Part shown: positions 38,196-46,739 of the stretch, piece by piece | Layout: every line of letters begins with the position of its first letter | Position numbering within the stretch: position 1 is the stretch's first letter | Source of the DNA: a virus | Taxonomy: Duplodnaviria > Caudoviricetes | DNA: 64,000 nt | Direction: 5' to 3' (one strand) | Virus record (IMG/VR): IMGVR_UViG_3300028797_000161 | Location: 5,384 to 69,383 of that record | Notes under the pieces: generated by a model | Told to the model about the DNA's origin: nothing | The model's input: only the letters and a program-made list of their open reading frames with translations | Databases searched by the model: none | Position numbers and translations under genes: made by a program

Positions 38196-38513
38196 AGCCG
38201 TGTATAGGCTGAAAAATCAATTTGACGATATTCACAGCAAGAGAGAAGGTGAGTAATTGGAAAGACTAAATAACGATATATCAACTTGGTCGGATTCACA
38301 GAAACGAGCAAAGATACAAGAACTTGAAAATCGGAAAGATAAAGTGATAGCAGATTGCTATGAAGAAGTGCGAAAAATAACTGTTCTGATAGCAAGGTTG
38401 CAGGATTCAATGAGAAATACGATAGACGGGCGGTGAGAAGTAATGACCAAAGGCGAAATGGCAAGAGTGGACAGAAAAGAATGACGGTATTCACGGCAAG
38501 AGGAAGTGAGAAA

Positions 38514-38858
38514 ATGGCAGACATAAAAGCCGATGCGGAGCGAGTATTAAAAGGCATTTCACACTGTCTACAAACACAACCAGAGTGTAAAGGATGCCCG
38601 TATAACGATATTTGTTATCACGATAGTGTTTGTAAAACGATGGTTCTTCACGCTTCGTTTGTTATCAACGATCTACTGCAAGAACAAGAACGGTCAAAAC
38701 ATGGTCATTGGATTGTGTTAACAGATTGCTCAAACGCAGGAGTATATTGCTCTGAATGCAATAACAAGATGTTTGACCATTATCCGATGAAAAAGAAGTT
38801 TTCGCAGTATTGCGGTCACTGTGGTTCTCATAACGATTTGAACGTTGAAATACGGTAA
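38514..38858 (+). CDS. Cys-rich Zn-binding protein
   Basis: CKGCPY, CSECN..YCGHCG. Confidence 0.65.
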   Translation: MADIKADAERVLKGISHCLQTQPECKGCPYNDICYHDSVCKTMVLHASFVINDLLQEQERSKHGHWIVLTDCSNAGVYCSECNNKMFDHYPMKKKFSQYCGHCGSHNDLNVEIR

Positions 38859-38874
38859 AGGACGGTGAGCAGGA

Positions 38875-39081
38875 ATGGGAAACGCAAACAGATGCGATAT
38901 ATGCGGTGCGTTGTATGTTGCTCCATATACACCGGATATAAAAATCCTTGTTTATCATCATCCATACGGTGAAAAAAAGATGGATTTATGCGCTGAATGT
39001 TATGGAAAACTTGAAACATTTTTACACATATCCACTAAGGCAAGGAACGTTGAAAATGGCGAATGGGTAATGCCGAAGTAA
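38875..39081 (+). CDS. Small Zn-finger protein
   Basis: CDICG...DLCAEC. Confidence 0.6.
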   Translation: MGNANRCDICGALYVAPYTPDIKILVYHHPYGEKKMDLCAECYGKLETFLHISTKARNVENGEWVMPK

Positions 39082-39115
39082 TGCCGTGTATAGGCAGAAA
39101 GGACGGTGAGTAGAA

Positions 39116-39310
39116 ATGATGTTACCGCCAAAGCCGAAGTGCTTGTGCGAAGAAGATACACTTCAAAAAGGAGATAAATTGTACGAGTGCGTTGCATTGA
39201 ATTGTATTAGCGGACTTGAAAAAGGATTTGCTTTTGTTGAGGTGCCAATAAAATTTTGCCCAGAGTGCGGAAAAGAACTGCCAGATAAAAAGGATGGTGA
39301 ATTTAGATGA
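39116..39310 (+). CDS. Small Zn-ribbon protein
   Basis: IKFCPECGKEL. Confidence 0.6.
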   Translation: MMLPPKPKCLCEEDTLQKGDKLYECVALNCISGLEKGFAFVEVPIKFCPECGKELPDKKDGEFR

Positions 39311-39623
39311 AGATCGTTTGCACAAAGGACGAAAAAGACCGTTTTTGCGAAGCTATTAGGATTAATCATATATGCCCATTTATGTCCAAACATTGTTCGG
39401 AAAGACATATATGCGATGACTGTTTGGTTGAGCATATAGAATGGGAAATAACGGATGGTGAACGATAATGGATAAAAAAGAATGTCCATTTTATCAGGTA
39501 GTTTGCAGTCTGGACGAATCACATACTTGCTTCAACAGTTCTGACTATAAGCAATGCCAGATATATAAAAACGAGGACGAACGTAGAGCATTTGAAGAGA
39601 TCACAGACGACGGCGAATGGTAA
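39307..39623 (+). CDS. Two small Cys-rich ORFs (39307-39468, 53 aa; 39468-39623, 51 aa)
   Basis: MKIVCTKDE..CPF..CDDC and MDKKECPFY..; translationally coupled. Confidence 0.5.
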
Positions 39624-39638
39624 GGAAGGAATAAAAAT

Positions 39639-40130
39639 ATGAAAGGCTTGATAATGATCGGTTATCAGGGCATAGGGAAAAGCTCCTGTGCAGGAAAAAA
39701 TAACTGCATTGACTTGGAGAGTGGCAACTTCTGGATTGGTGATGAACGGTCAGAAGATTGGTACATTCCTTATTGCCAGATTGCAATGGACTTGGCGAAT
39801 CAGGGGTACACAGTATTTACGAGTTCTCACAAGGTGGTAAGAGAGCAATTGGCATCGATGCCTTTACTGCCGAACGTAGGTAAAGTAGTTATATTCTGCC
39901 CGGAAACAAAATTTAAGGATGAATGGATCAATAGATTACAAGAAAGATACATCAGAACAGGGTTACATAAAGATTACAAAGCTCTGATGAATGCAAAGGA
40001 TCGTTTCACGGAGAATATACGTGAGTTATTTGATTCTGGTTTACCTGTGTACTATCCTGCATGGATTGACTATGATCTGATGGACTACGTGAATAAGGCA
40101 AGGACGGATTGGTGTAAAGTTGAAAACTGA
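39639..40130 (+). CDS. P-loop NTPase / nucleotide-kinase-like protein
   Basis: Walker A GYQGIGKS at the N-terminus; IDLES. Confidence 0.7.
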   Translation: MKGLIMIGYQGIGKSSCAGKNNCIDLESGNFWIGDERSEDWYIPYCQIAMDLANQGYTVFTSSHKVVREQLASMPLLPNVGKVVIFCPETKFKDEWINRLQERYIRTGLHKDYKALMNAKDRFTENIRELFDSGLPVYYPAWIDYDLMDYVNKARTDWCKVEN

Positions 40131-40146
40131 TTTCTGGAGGTAAGCA

Positions 40147-40371
40147 ATGGATGATGGTTTTATTTCCGATGATCTTCTAGATCTCCTTACGACCTTCATC
40201 ATCAGAGATTCAAATCCTCAAGAACGTTTCATGCTACTTTTACGAGGAGATGAAGAACCTTGTCCGCTCGGTGTCTTATTTCATCCAATGGCTGATCTTT
40301 CAGATATTTTATCCCCTCTTGATAGTCTACGTTATGGTCGAATACAAACGAGCATGTATGAAGGAGATTAA
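40147..40371 (+). CDS. Hypothetical protein
   Basis: RBS GGAGG. Confidence 0.55.
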   Translation: MDDGFISDDLLDLLTTFIIRDSNPQERFMLLLRGDEEPCPLGVLFHPMADLSDILSPLDSLRYGRIQTSMYEGD

Positions 40372-40377
40372 ATAATC

Positions 40378-40842
40378 ATGAAAAAGATTTTTATTTGGAT
40401 ATTGCTCATCTTCTGGATTCTTCTTCTACTTCATGCAGATTCGGTACAGGCTGAAGATCTTGAGCCCACGGACGTCTGTGTAACTGCATCTGTTTTGAAC
40501 GGCCGAGCAAAGCCGAGTAAAAAATCCAGAGTCGAAGCCATATTTGATAATGGTGACCAATTGACTGCGATTGGATGGAGTGCGAATCATCACTGGGTGG
40601 AAGTTCGTGGAGGTGAGCCTGGAACTGTATGGGTTTGGTGGGAGTATGTAACGGAGCGAACAGACGAGTTTACTGTTATAAATGATGGCAAATCAAAAAT
40701 AAAACTCCGAAAAGAACCATACGGGACAGTAACTGGTTATCTAAAGCCTAATAAAGAACTCGTTATTGATCGTGTGATATTTGGCTGGGGGCATAGCAAT
40801 AAAGGCTGGATTGAACTTTATTATGTGACCGAGGAAGACTAA
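40378..40842 (+). CDS. Secreted protein with two SH3b-like domains
   Basis: Signal peptide; VLNGRAKPS..WVEV..WVWWEYV and IKLRKEPY..GWIELYYV. Confidence 0.75.
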   Translation: MKKIFIWILLIFWILLLLHADSVQAEDLEPTDVCVTASVLNGRAKPSKKSRVEAIFDNGDQLTAIGWSANHHWVEVRGGEPGTVWVWWEYVTERTDEFTVINDGKSKIKLRKEPYGTVTGYLKPNKELVIDRVIFGWGHSNKGWIELYYVTEED

Positions 40843-40848
40843 AGACAA

Positions 40849-40990
40849 GCGCGGCTGGGACGGCCAAGATAAAGCGGCCCTAAATTTTGCATTGTAGGCG
40901 GAATAGAAAGGAAGGTAGCGCTCCCTGTGTACGCCTACTAAATTTGTCAGTCAAAGGCTTTATCGATCGGTTCAACTCCGATCCCGCGCA
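40849..40990 (+). ncRNA. tRNA/tmRNA-like structured RNA (142 nt)
   Basis: Acceptor GCGCGG (40849-54) / CCGCGC (40984-89) plus A. T-arm GATCGG-TTCAACT-CCGATC. Stemless 13-nt D-like loop. Helices GATAAAGC/GCTTTATC and GTAGGCG/CGCCTAC. Confidence 0.7.
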
Positions 40991-41012
40991 ATTCTTTAGA
41001 AAGGAGCAATGT

Positions 41013-41267
41013 ATGAGTATGGCAAAGAAATGTGATCGCTGCAAATTATGCTTCGATCCGTATAATCTCGAAGGACGTATGGGGCGGTTTATTAATCCGA
41101 TATTCCAAACTTCTGATGAAATTCGTGAACAATACCGTGGACAACTGCTTGACGAGGATCTCGGTGTCGATGGGATCATCGATTTGTGCCCGAAATGTGC
41201 TGTTGAGTTCCGGAAATTCATGAATCATGAAGAAAACGAACCAGAATCTAATAGAATCTGTGTTTGA
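41013..41267 (+). CDS. Small Zn-finger protein
   Basis: KKCDRC...DLCPKC; RBS AGAAAGGAG. Confidence 0.65.
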   Translation: MSMAKKCDRCKLCFDPYNLEGRMGRFINPIFQTSDEIREQYRGQLLDEDLGVDGIIDLCPKCAVEFRKFMNHEENEPESNRICV

Positions 41268-41323
41268 TGATCTTAAATCTAGGATGTTCAGATTTCCATT
41301 TTTTAAAGAAAGTGGTAAACAAA

Positions 41324-41563
41324 ATGAGCAGGACTAATTGCCCTAATTGTGGCGCGCCTTTTTCTAATTTTGCTTTGTGCAGTTATTGTGGAACCCCTAT
41401 TGATTCAGAAGTTTACTATTCTGGACATAATGAGGTTATATACGCAGACGATCGACCGATTGCTATGTTTATGGATTCAGAACCTATAAACCAGTCTCTT
41501 GTAACAAAATGGAACGGACTACTTTGCGATCGTAATCATGATTTAAGGCATGATTACACTTAA
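41324..41563 (+). CDS. Zn-ribbon protein
   Basis: NCPNCGAP..CSYCGT. Confidence 0.6.
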   Translation: MSRTNCPNCGAPFSNFALCSYCGTPIDSEVYYSGHNEVIYADDRPIAMFMDSEPINQSLVTKWNGLLCDRNHDLRHDYT

Positions 41564-41565
41564 CA

Positions 41566-41589
41566 CGATTTTTTCAAGTTATGTTATGG
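41566..41589 (+). promoter_or_regulatory. Phage promoter-like motif, copy 8
   Basis: CGATT-TTTTCA-AGTTATGT-TATGG; 28 bp (41564-41591) are identical to 43171-43198; hairpin GGGA/TCCC follows. Confidence 0.72.
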
Positions 41590-41625
41590 GAGATGATCCC
41601 GAATAACATTTATGGAGGTTTTAAC

Positions 41626-41814
41626 ATGAAAGAGAAGTTTCACTTTGACAAACTGAGCGTGTTCAAATGGTTGCTGATCGGTATCGGAGGACTGTGTGGA
41701 TTATTTGCTACATTCTTCGATACGAAGATCAAAGACCGGCTGTATGAAAAGAAGCTCGACAAGGAGATCGAACGTCAAACGAAACGGCTGCTGGAAGAGG
41801 ATGAAGCCGCCTAA
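41626..41814 (+). CDS. Single-TM small protein
   Basis: RBS GGAGG; WLLIGIGGLCGLFATFF. Confidence 0.65.
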   Translation: MKEKFHFDKLSVFKWLLIGIGGLCGLFATFFDTKIKDRLYEKKLDKEIERQTKRLLEEDEAA

Positions 41815-41884
41815 TGTACGTGGTAGGAAAAGGTTCTGATGAAATATATCAGGGCCTTTTACCTTTTGCAGAAAGGAGCAGAAT

Positions 41885-42334
41885 TTGAAGGCGTCATTTG
41901 ATCTCGACAGATATCTTCGTCAGCAAGGTATCTCTACACGACCTATGGATTTTCCCTGGCAGAAAATGGATGATAACGAACGATGGCTGACTAAAGACGA
42001 GGCAATTAGATTGATAAATGAGTGGCGGGAAGAGGCGATCCCGACTAAAAATCTGTATTATGCTCGGATCAAATGTTCGTTGGTTCAATTTTCCAGTGGG
42101 GTCCGAAACGCGTATCTCAATACGATGCTGGATTATCTTATTGAGAGAATCAAAAAGAGCGACCATGATCCGATTACGGTTGTTGCGACATATAACTATG
42201 AGATGGATGATGTTCTCGCAATGAGCGATGCAGATCATCGAGTCACACACCGCTTTGCAGGATTCATGGAACGTTCAAGCTACGATCTTCTTTTATATCT
42301 GAAGGACAAAGAAAAGGAGTTGAATGAGAAATGA
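41885..42334 (+). CDS. Hypothetical protein (TTG start)
   Basis: RBS AGAAAGGAG 6 nt before the TTG. Confidence 0.65.
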   Translation: MKASFDLDRYLRQQGISTRPMDFPWQKMDDNERWLTKDEAIRLINEWREEAIPTKNLYYARIKCSLVQFSSGVRNAYLNTMLDYLIERIKKSDHDPITVVATYNYEMDDVLAMSDADHRVTHRFAGFMERSSYDLLLYLKDKEKELNEK

Positions 42335-43137
42335 GTGTAAAACAATGGTTTGGCAAGCTGTGGGAAGGAACAAAGCGTAATGCGCCAACCATTCTGACTG
42401 CGAGTTCGATAGGCTTATTCCTCGCCAGTACCATTGAGGCGGTGAAAGCAACACCGAAAGCAATGGAAGCAATCGAGGAAAAGAAGCAAGAAGAAGGCCA
42501 CATTGAGCTCACTGCCATGCAGACAGTTCAGGTAACCTGGAAGTTCTACGTTAAGTCAGTTCTCGCATTTATCGGTGGTACGGTTTGTGGATTCTCGGCA
42601 TTGCGTGAGAATAATAAACGCATTGCGAGCATCCTGGCAACGGCTGAGGCTGGGAAGAACATCCTTCAAGAATTCCAGGACTATCGGAAATTCGTCGCTG
42701 AGAAGATCGGTGCGAAGAAGGAAGCGGAGATTTATAACAATGCGGCGCAGGAAGTGGTTAATCGTAATCCTCCTCCCGCAAATATGAAACCAGAGTTCGT
42801 CGAAGGTCAGGCTCCTAAGCCTATCTGTTTCCATGCCGCATACGGACGGTATTTCTATGCCGATTATGAAACAGTTCGGGAAGCTATCAACCGGTTAAAC
42901 GAAAAGATCAACACGAGTCTGGAAGGATATGTAAGTCTGAATGACTTCTATTATGAAGTGGGTGTTGCTCCTACTGAATTTGGCAATATGGTCGGATGGA
43001 GTATCGAAACCGGACTTATTAAGATCCCTGCCAAAGAAGATCTTCGCTATGCTGGTACCCCTGACGGATGGCCCTGCTGGATTCTCGAATTTGAAAATCC
43101 GCCGCAATATGAATATCAGTTTTTTCGTAAGCACTAA
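42331..43137 (+). CDS. Paralog family protein (hydrophobic N-terminus, GYVSLNDFY..GW domain)
   Basis: NAPTILTASSIG..KATPKA..GRYFYAD..EGYVSLNDFYYEVGV..MVGW. Confidence 0.8.
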   Translation: MSVKQWFGKLWEGTKRNAPTILTASSIGLFLASTIEAVKATPKAMEAIEEKKQEEGHIELTAMQTVQVTWKFYVKSVLAFIGGTVCGFSALRENNKRIASILATAEAGKNILQEFQDYRKFVAEKIGAKKEAEIYNNAAQEVVNRNPPPANMKPEFVEGQAPKPICFHAAYGRYFYADYETVREAINRLNEKINTSLEGYVSLNDFYYEVGVAPTEFGNMVGWSIETGLIKIPAKEDLRYAGTPDGWPCWILEFENPPQYEYQFFRKH

Positions 43138-43172
43138 ATTCCTGTGCTTCGCTGGATGATATCGGCGGAGCA

Positions 43173-43196
43173 CGATTTTTTCAAGTTATGTTATGG
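43173..43196 (+). promoter_or_regulatory. Phage promoter-like motif, copy 9
   Basis: Identical to copy 8; hairpin GGGAC/GTCCC follows. Confidence 0.72.
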
Positions 43197-43236
43197 GACA
43201 TAGTCCCTCATAAAAAATAATTAGGAGGTCAAAACA

Positions 43237-43623
43237 ATGAACGAAGAACTCAAGAACGAAGTCGTGGAAAAGGCATTCGACGAAATGGCGGAGAAAGCGG
43301 CAGCGCTGGATCAGGCTATTGCCGAAACCGGTGTGAAACCTGCTTCTGCTCTGACTGAAGTGACCAATAACATGAGTGGCAAGAATATTGCTCTCGGCGT
43401 GGGTCTCACCCTTGGTGGTGTTGCGGGCGGCATCGCCCTTGACCGCTGGGTGTTCCCCTGGATCGGGAAGACGGTAAACAATATTCGCGGCAAGCTCAAG
43501 GCTGCTAAGGAAGAGAAGAAGGCAAAGAAGGCTGCCAAGAAAGCGCAGACTGCTGCTCCCGAAAAGCCGGCCACGAACAATGAAGTTCCTGCAGATCAGA
43601 ACTCCGAAAAGAATGAGGACTGA
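43237..43623 (+). CDS. Single-TM, Ala/Lys-rich protein
   Basis: RBS AGGAGG; IALGVGLTLGGVAGGIAL; terminator at 43633-43672. Confidence 0.72.
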   Translation: MNEELKNEVVEKAFDEMAEKAAALDQAIAETGVKPASALTEVTNNMSGKNIALGVGLTLGGVAGGIALDRWVFPWIGKTVNNIRGKLKAAKEEKKAKKAAKKAQTAAPEKPATNNEVPADQNSEKNED

Positions 43624-43695
43624 TGGACTTCTGGAGAAGGCTCTGAATAAAGGGTCTTCTCCTATTTTTTCTTTTAACAAGAGAGGAGACAAAAT

Positions 43696-44295
43696 ATGAA
43701 CGAACAGTATCCGTCCAATAGTGATCGCGGACAGGATCTCGCGAACCAAGCGTCATATCAGCAGAAACGGGTAACGGAACCGGTTGTAAACGGTAGCGTT
43801 TCCCGTAAAGATAAAAGTCTGTGGGATATGGTAGCCGAGTTCTTTGGTCTGGGAGAATGCAAAACATTCCGCGACTATGTCGGTGCGCTGAGCGATATGA
43901 CGAATCGAGTTTATGGCGCAGTTGATACTCTGCTCGGGAATCGGAAGTATACGAATACGACGGTTCCGGGTGCCAGAGTTCAGTACAGTGCCATGTATAA
44001 CCCGCAGAATCCTCCTGCACAGCAACCGGCAGCTCCTCAGGCGACTGGGGCTTATGGGCAGTATTATATTACCTACGATCTTCGTCAGGATGCGGAGGTT
44101 GTTCTTGGTAAGATGTTTGAACTGCTTCAGATGTATCAGAACGTTAGCGTTGGAGATATGTTTGACCTTGCCGGCATATCAAGTCCCAATGGATATACAG
44201 ATATGAAGTTCGGATGGAAGTCTCTTGACGGAGTCCGAGTCGTACCGTATGGAAGCAAATGGGTCATCAGTCTTCCTGCCGCTATTCAAATCTAA
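43696..44295 (+). CDS. Paralog-domain protein
   Basis: C-terminal MYQNVSVGDMFDLAG..FGW. Confidence 0.72.
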   Translation: MNEQYPSNSDRGQDLANQASYQQKRVTEPVVNGSVSRKDKSLWDMVAEFFGLGECKTFRDYVGALSDMTNRVYGAVDTLLGNRKYTNTTVPGARVQYSAMYNPQNPPAQQPAAPQATGAYGQYYITYDLRQDAEVVLGKMFELLQMYQNVSVGDMFDLAGISSPNGYTDMKFGWKSLDGVRVVPYGSKWVISLPAAIQI

Positions 44296-44309
44296 TCTGG
44301 AGGAAAGAT

Positions 44310-45215
44310 ATGAATATTAAAAACTTCATCTCCAATTTGATTGGCAAGGCCAAAGATAATGCCTCCGATCTGAAAATGGGTATTGGTACCGTCAGTGTTA
44401 TTGGCGGTACCATTCTTTTGTGTAAAGAAACGATCAATGCTTGTGATATCGTTCGTGAGTATCGTGAAGCAAAGCAGAAACTGATCGATGAAGGCGCTGA
44501 GAAAAGTGAAATCCGAAAACTGACAGTGAAAACGGTCGGTAAAGTCGCCGTTACCGTTGCTCCTGGCGCTGCTGTCGAAGTAGGCGGACTTGGTCTTATG
44601 TGGAATGGATATTCTAATACCAAGACCGCACTGATCGGCGTTAGTATGGCATACGGTGAACTTCAGGAATTCAACAACAAATATCGTCAGAAAGTTCGTG
44701 ACGAATATGGCGAAGAGGTTGACGAGAAGTTCGCCTATGAATTCCAGGAAAAAGAGGTTGTTATAACCGATGAAAACGGAGTTCAGAAGACCGAAACGGT
44801 TAAAATCTATCCGAATGATTATCGGAAAATGCCGAGCGTTTATGCCCGCTATTTCTGCTATGGTGAAGCGGAAGGAGCGGAGAGAAGCTTCGACTATAAT
44901 GATCATTTCCTTCATGCCCAACAAGAAATGGCAAACCGGTATCTGAAAGCACATAAGAAAATGATGCTGAATGAGCTGTATGATATGCTCGGCATCAAGC
45001 ATAGCAAAGCTGGGTATAATGTCGGCTGGATCTATGATGAAAAGAATCCCGAGGGTGATAACAAAGTTAAGCTTCGTGTTCGTGTTGTCTATCGGGAGAT
45101 TCTGGATCCGATTACTGGCGAACCTACCGGTTACGAACGTGTGCACATGATCGATCCGAATGTCGACGGCATGGTCGTTGATAAACTGGTTCAGCGTGGA
45201 CTGATCGAGGAATGA
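44310..45215 (+). CDS. Paralog family protein
   Basis: Hydrophobic N-terminus; YARYF..MMLNELYDMLG..VGW. Confidence 0.78.
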   Translation: MNIKNFISNLIGKAKDNASDLKMGIGTVSVIGGTILLCKETINACDIVREYREAKQKLIDEGAEKSEIRKLTVKTVGKVAVTVAPGAAVEVGGLGLMWNGYSNTKTALIGVSMAYGELQEFNNKYRQKVRDEYGEEVDEKFAYEFQEKEVVITDENGVQKTETVKIYPNDYRKMPSVYARYFCYGEAEGAERSFDYNDHFLHAQQEMANRYLKAHKKMMLNELYDMLGIKHSKAGYNVGWIYDEKNPEGDNKVKLRVRVVYREILDPITGEPTGYERVHMIDPNVDGMVVDKLVQRGLIEE

Positions 45216-45226
45216 GGTGAAAACAT

Positions 45227-45799
45227 ATGAATAAAGGCCTAGCATTCGTGCTTGGTTGTATCATGGGCGGGGCAGGCGGAGGTTTCCTTGCTCATACTGT
45301 TCTTAAACAGAAGTATGCGCAGAAAGCGGACGAGGAAATTATCGCCTGCCGTGAAGCATTTCAGGATGAACTGGTGAAGCTCCGCAAGGAAGCAAACGAA
45401 AAAGAGGCTGCGGAAAAGAAGGCAGCTGCTGAAGCGGCTCTCCAGAAGTATCGTGGCGAATCTGATGATAATTCCCCTCCTTTCGATGCTGAACCTAAGA
45501 AATCGGAGCCGAAACCTCAGCATGTCGCGATCGATGAGACGGATTATAATGATCCGGCGAATCCGAATAAAAAGAAATGCCTGCAGTTCTTCCCGAATGA
45601 TAATGTCCTTCTTCAAGAGGATGGAACTATTATGGACCAGGCTACCATTGAAACTACGATTGGTCTCGAAACCCTCGCATGTTTCAATGATGAGGATGTT
45701 GATAGTGTATGGATCCATAACGAGTCTCTGCAGACTGACTACGAAATCACCCAGGTTGGCATGAGCTATCTGGAGTGGAAACGTAAGTACAATCAGTGA
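45227..45799 (+). CDS. N-terminal TM plus coiled-coil acidic protein
   Basis: GLAFVLGCIMGGAGGGFLA... Confidence 0.75.
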   Translation: MNKGLAFVLGCIMGGAGGGFLAHTVLKQKYAQKADEEIIACREAFQDELVKLRKEANEKEAAEKKAAAEAALQKYRGESDDNSPPFDAEPKKSEPKPQHVAIDETDYNDPANPNKKKCLQFFPNDNVLLQEDGTIMDQATIETTIGLETLACFNDEDVDSVWIHNESLQTDYEITQVGMSYLEWKRKYNQ

Positions 45800-45810
45800 G
45801 GGGATCCTGA

Positions 45811-46374
45811 ATGGGAATGGTATTCGAAACGAGGTGGGCAGCAGGCGAACTTGAGGAAATGTATTACGATTGGCTCGTTGCAACGCATCTATCATATTGC
45901 AATGAGTACAGTATATTGCTGAGAGCTTTGTACGATACACCGTTCCGGGTTACGATTCTCATGGACGAAAACCGTGTTGGCGACGGGCTGGATATGCGAA
46001 ATAGATTTGCATATCAACTCGGATTAGGACAACAAGATCGTGAGCTCCTTAGACAAAGTCGGCCGTGTAGTGTGCTTGAGATTATGATAGGATTGGCACA
46101 ACGCTTTGACGAGGAGTATATGACGCAATATATCAATGAGGATCCCATTGGAGCTTTGGTTAAACCAATGATAGAAAGTCTTGGTCTTCAAGGATACGAT
46201 GATGTTCATTTTGATCAGTATGGTTTTAACCAGATTATGACAAATCTTTTGAACAGGACATACTCCCCTGACGGCCGGGGGAGCCTGTTTTATATTCCCG
46301 GAATATTTGCAGACATGCGCCAGATTGAAATTTGGCGTCAAATGATGATGTATTACGAAGGAGGAAATCGCTAA
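45811..46374 (+). CDS. Conserved hypothetical protein upstream of the replicase
   Basis: YYDWL..MDENRVGDGLDMR..CSVLEIMIGLA..DGRGSLF. Confidence 0.72.
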   Translation: MGMVFETRWAAGELEEMYYDWLVATHLSYCNEYSILLRALYDTPFRVTILMDENRVGDGLDMRNRFAYQLGLGQQDRELLRQSRPCSVLEIMIGLAQRFDEEYMTQYINEDPIGALVKPMIESLGLQGYDDVHFDQYGFNQIMTNLLNRTYSPDGRGSLFYIPGIFADMRQIEIWRQMMMYYEGGNR

Positions 46375-46733
46375 TGAGCAAAATTATGGAAGCGAACTTT
46401 AAGAAAGGTGTGCAGGAGCATCAGAATTCTCTTCGGGAAAGTGTTGATGCTCTGAGGAGATGTGTCAAGGACCTGTACGAGCTAGACGAGGAGAACTACC
46501 AGAACATTAAGAGTCTGAAACGGGCAGTCGAAGATCATGCCAAACAGATCGGCAATGTAAGGTCTTCTGTTGTCAGTATCCACGCCAAGCGAGCTGGAAG
46601 CGCCATCGTGATCGGAGGCGTTATATGGCTGGTCGGAAAGGTAATTAAGGCACAGTCACGAGAAATTAATGAACTTAACGAGCGTGTGAAAAAGCTGGAG
46701 GGCAATGATACATCCGAAGAAAGCGATGGATAA
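46374..46733 (+). CDS. Coiled-coil plus TM protein
   Basis: ATG overlaps the upstream stop; AIVIGGVIWLVG. Confidence 0.68.
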   Translation: MSKIMEANFKKGVQEHQNSLRESVDALRRCVKDLYELDEENYQNIKSLKRAVEDHAKQIGNVRSSVVSIHAKRAGSAIVIGGVIWLVGKVIKAQSREINELNERVKKLEGNDTSEESDG

Positions 46734-46739
46734 ATAGCC

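Noticed and set aside
40849-40990. Bona fide tmRNA or canonical tRNA
   Set aside because: Too short for tmRNA, with no G3-U70 and no tag ORF or pseudoknots; no D stem or 7-nt anticodon loop for a tRNA.
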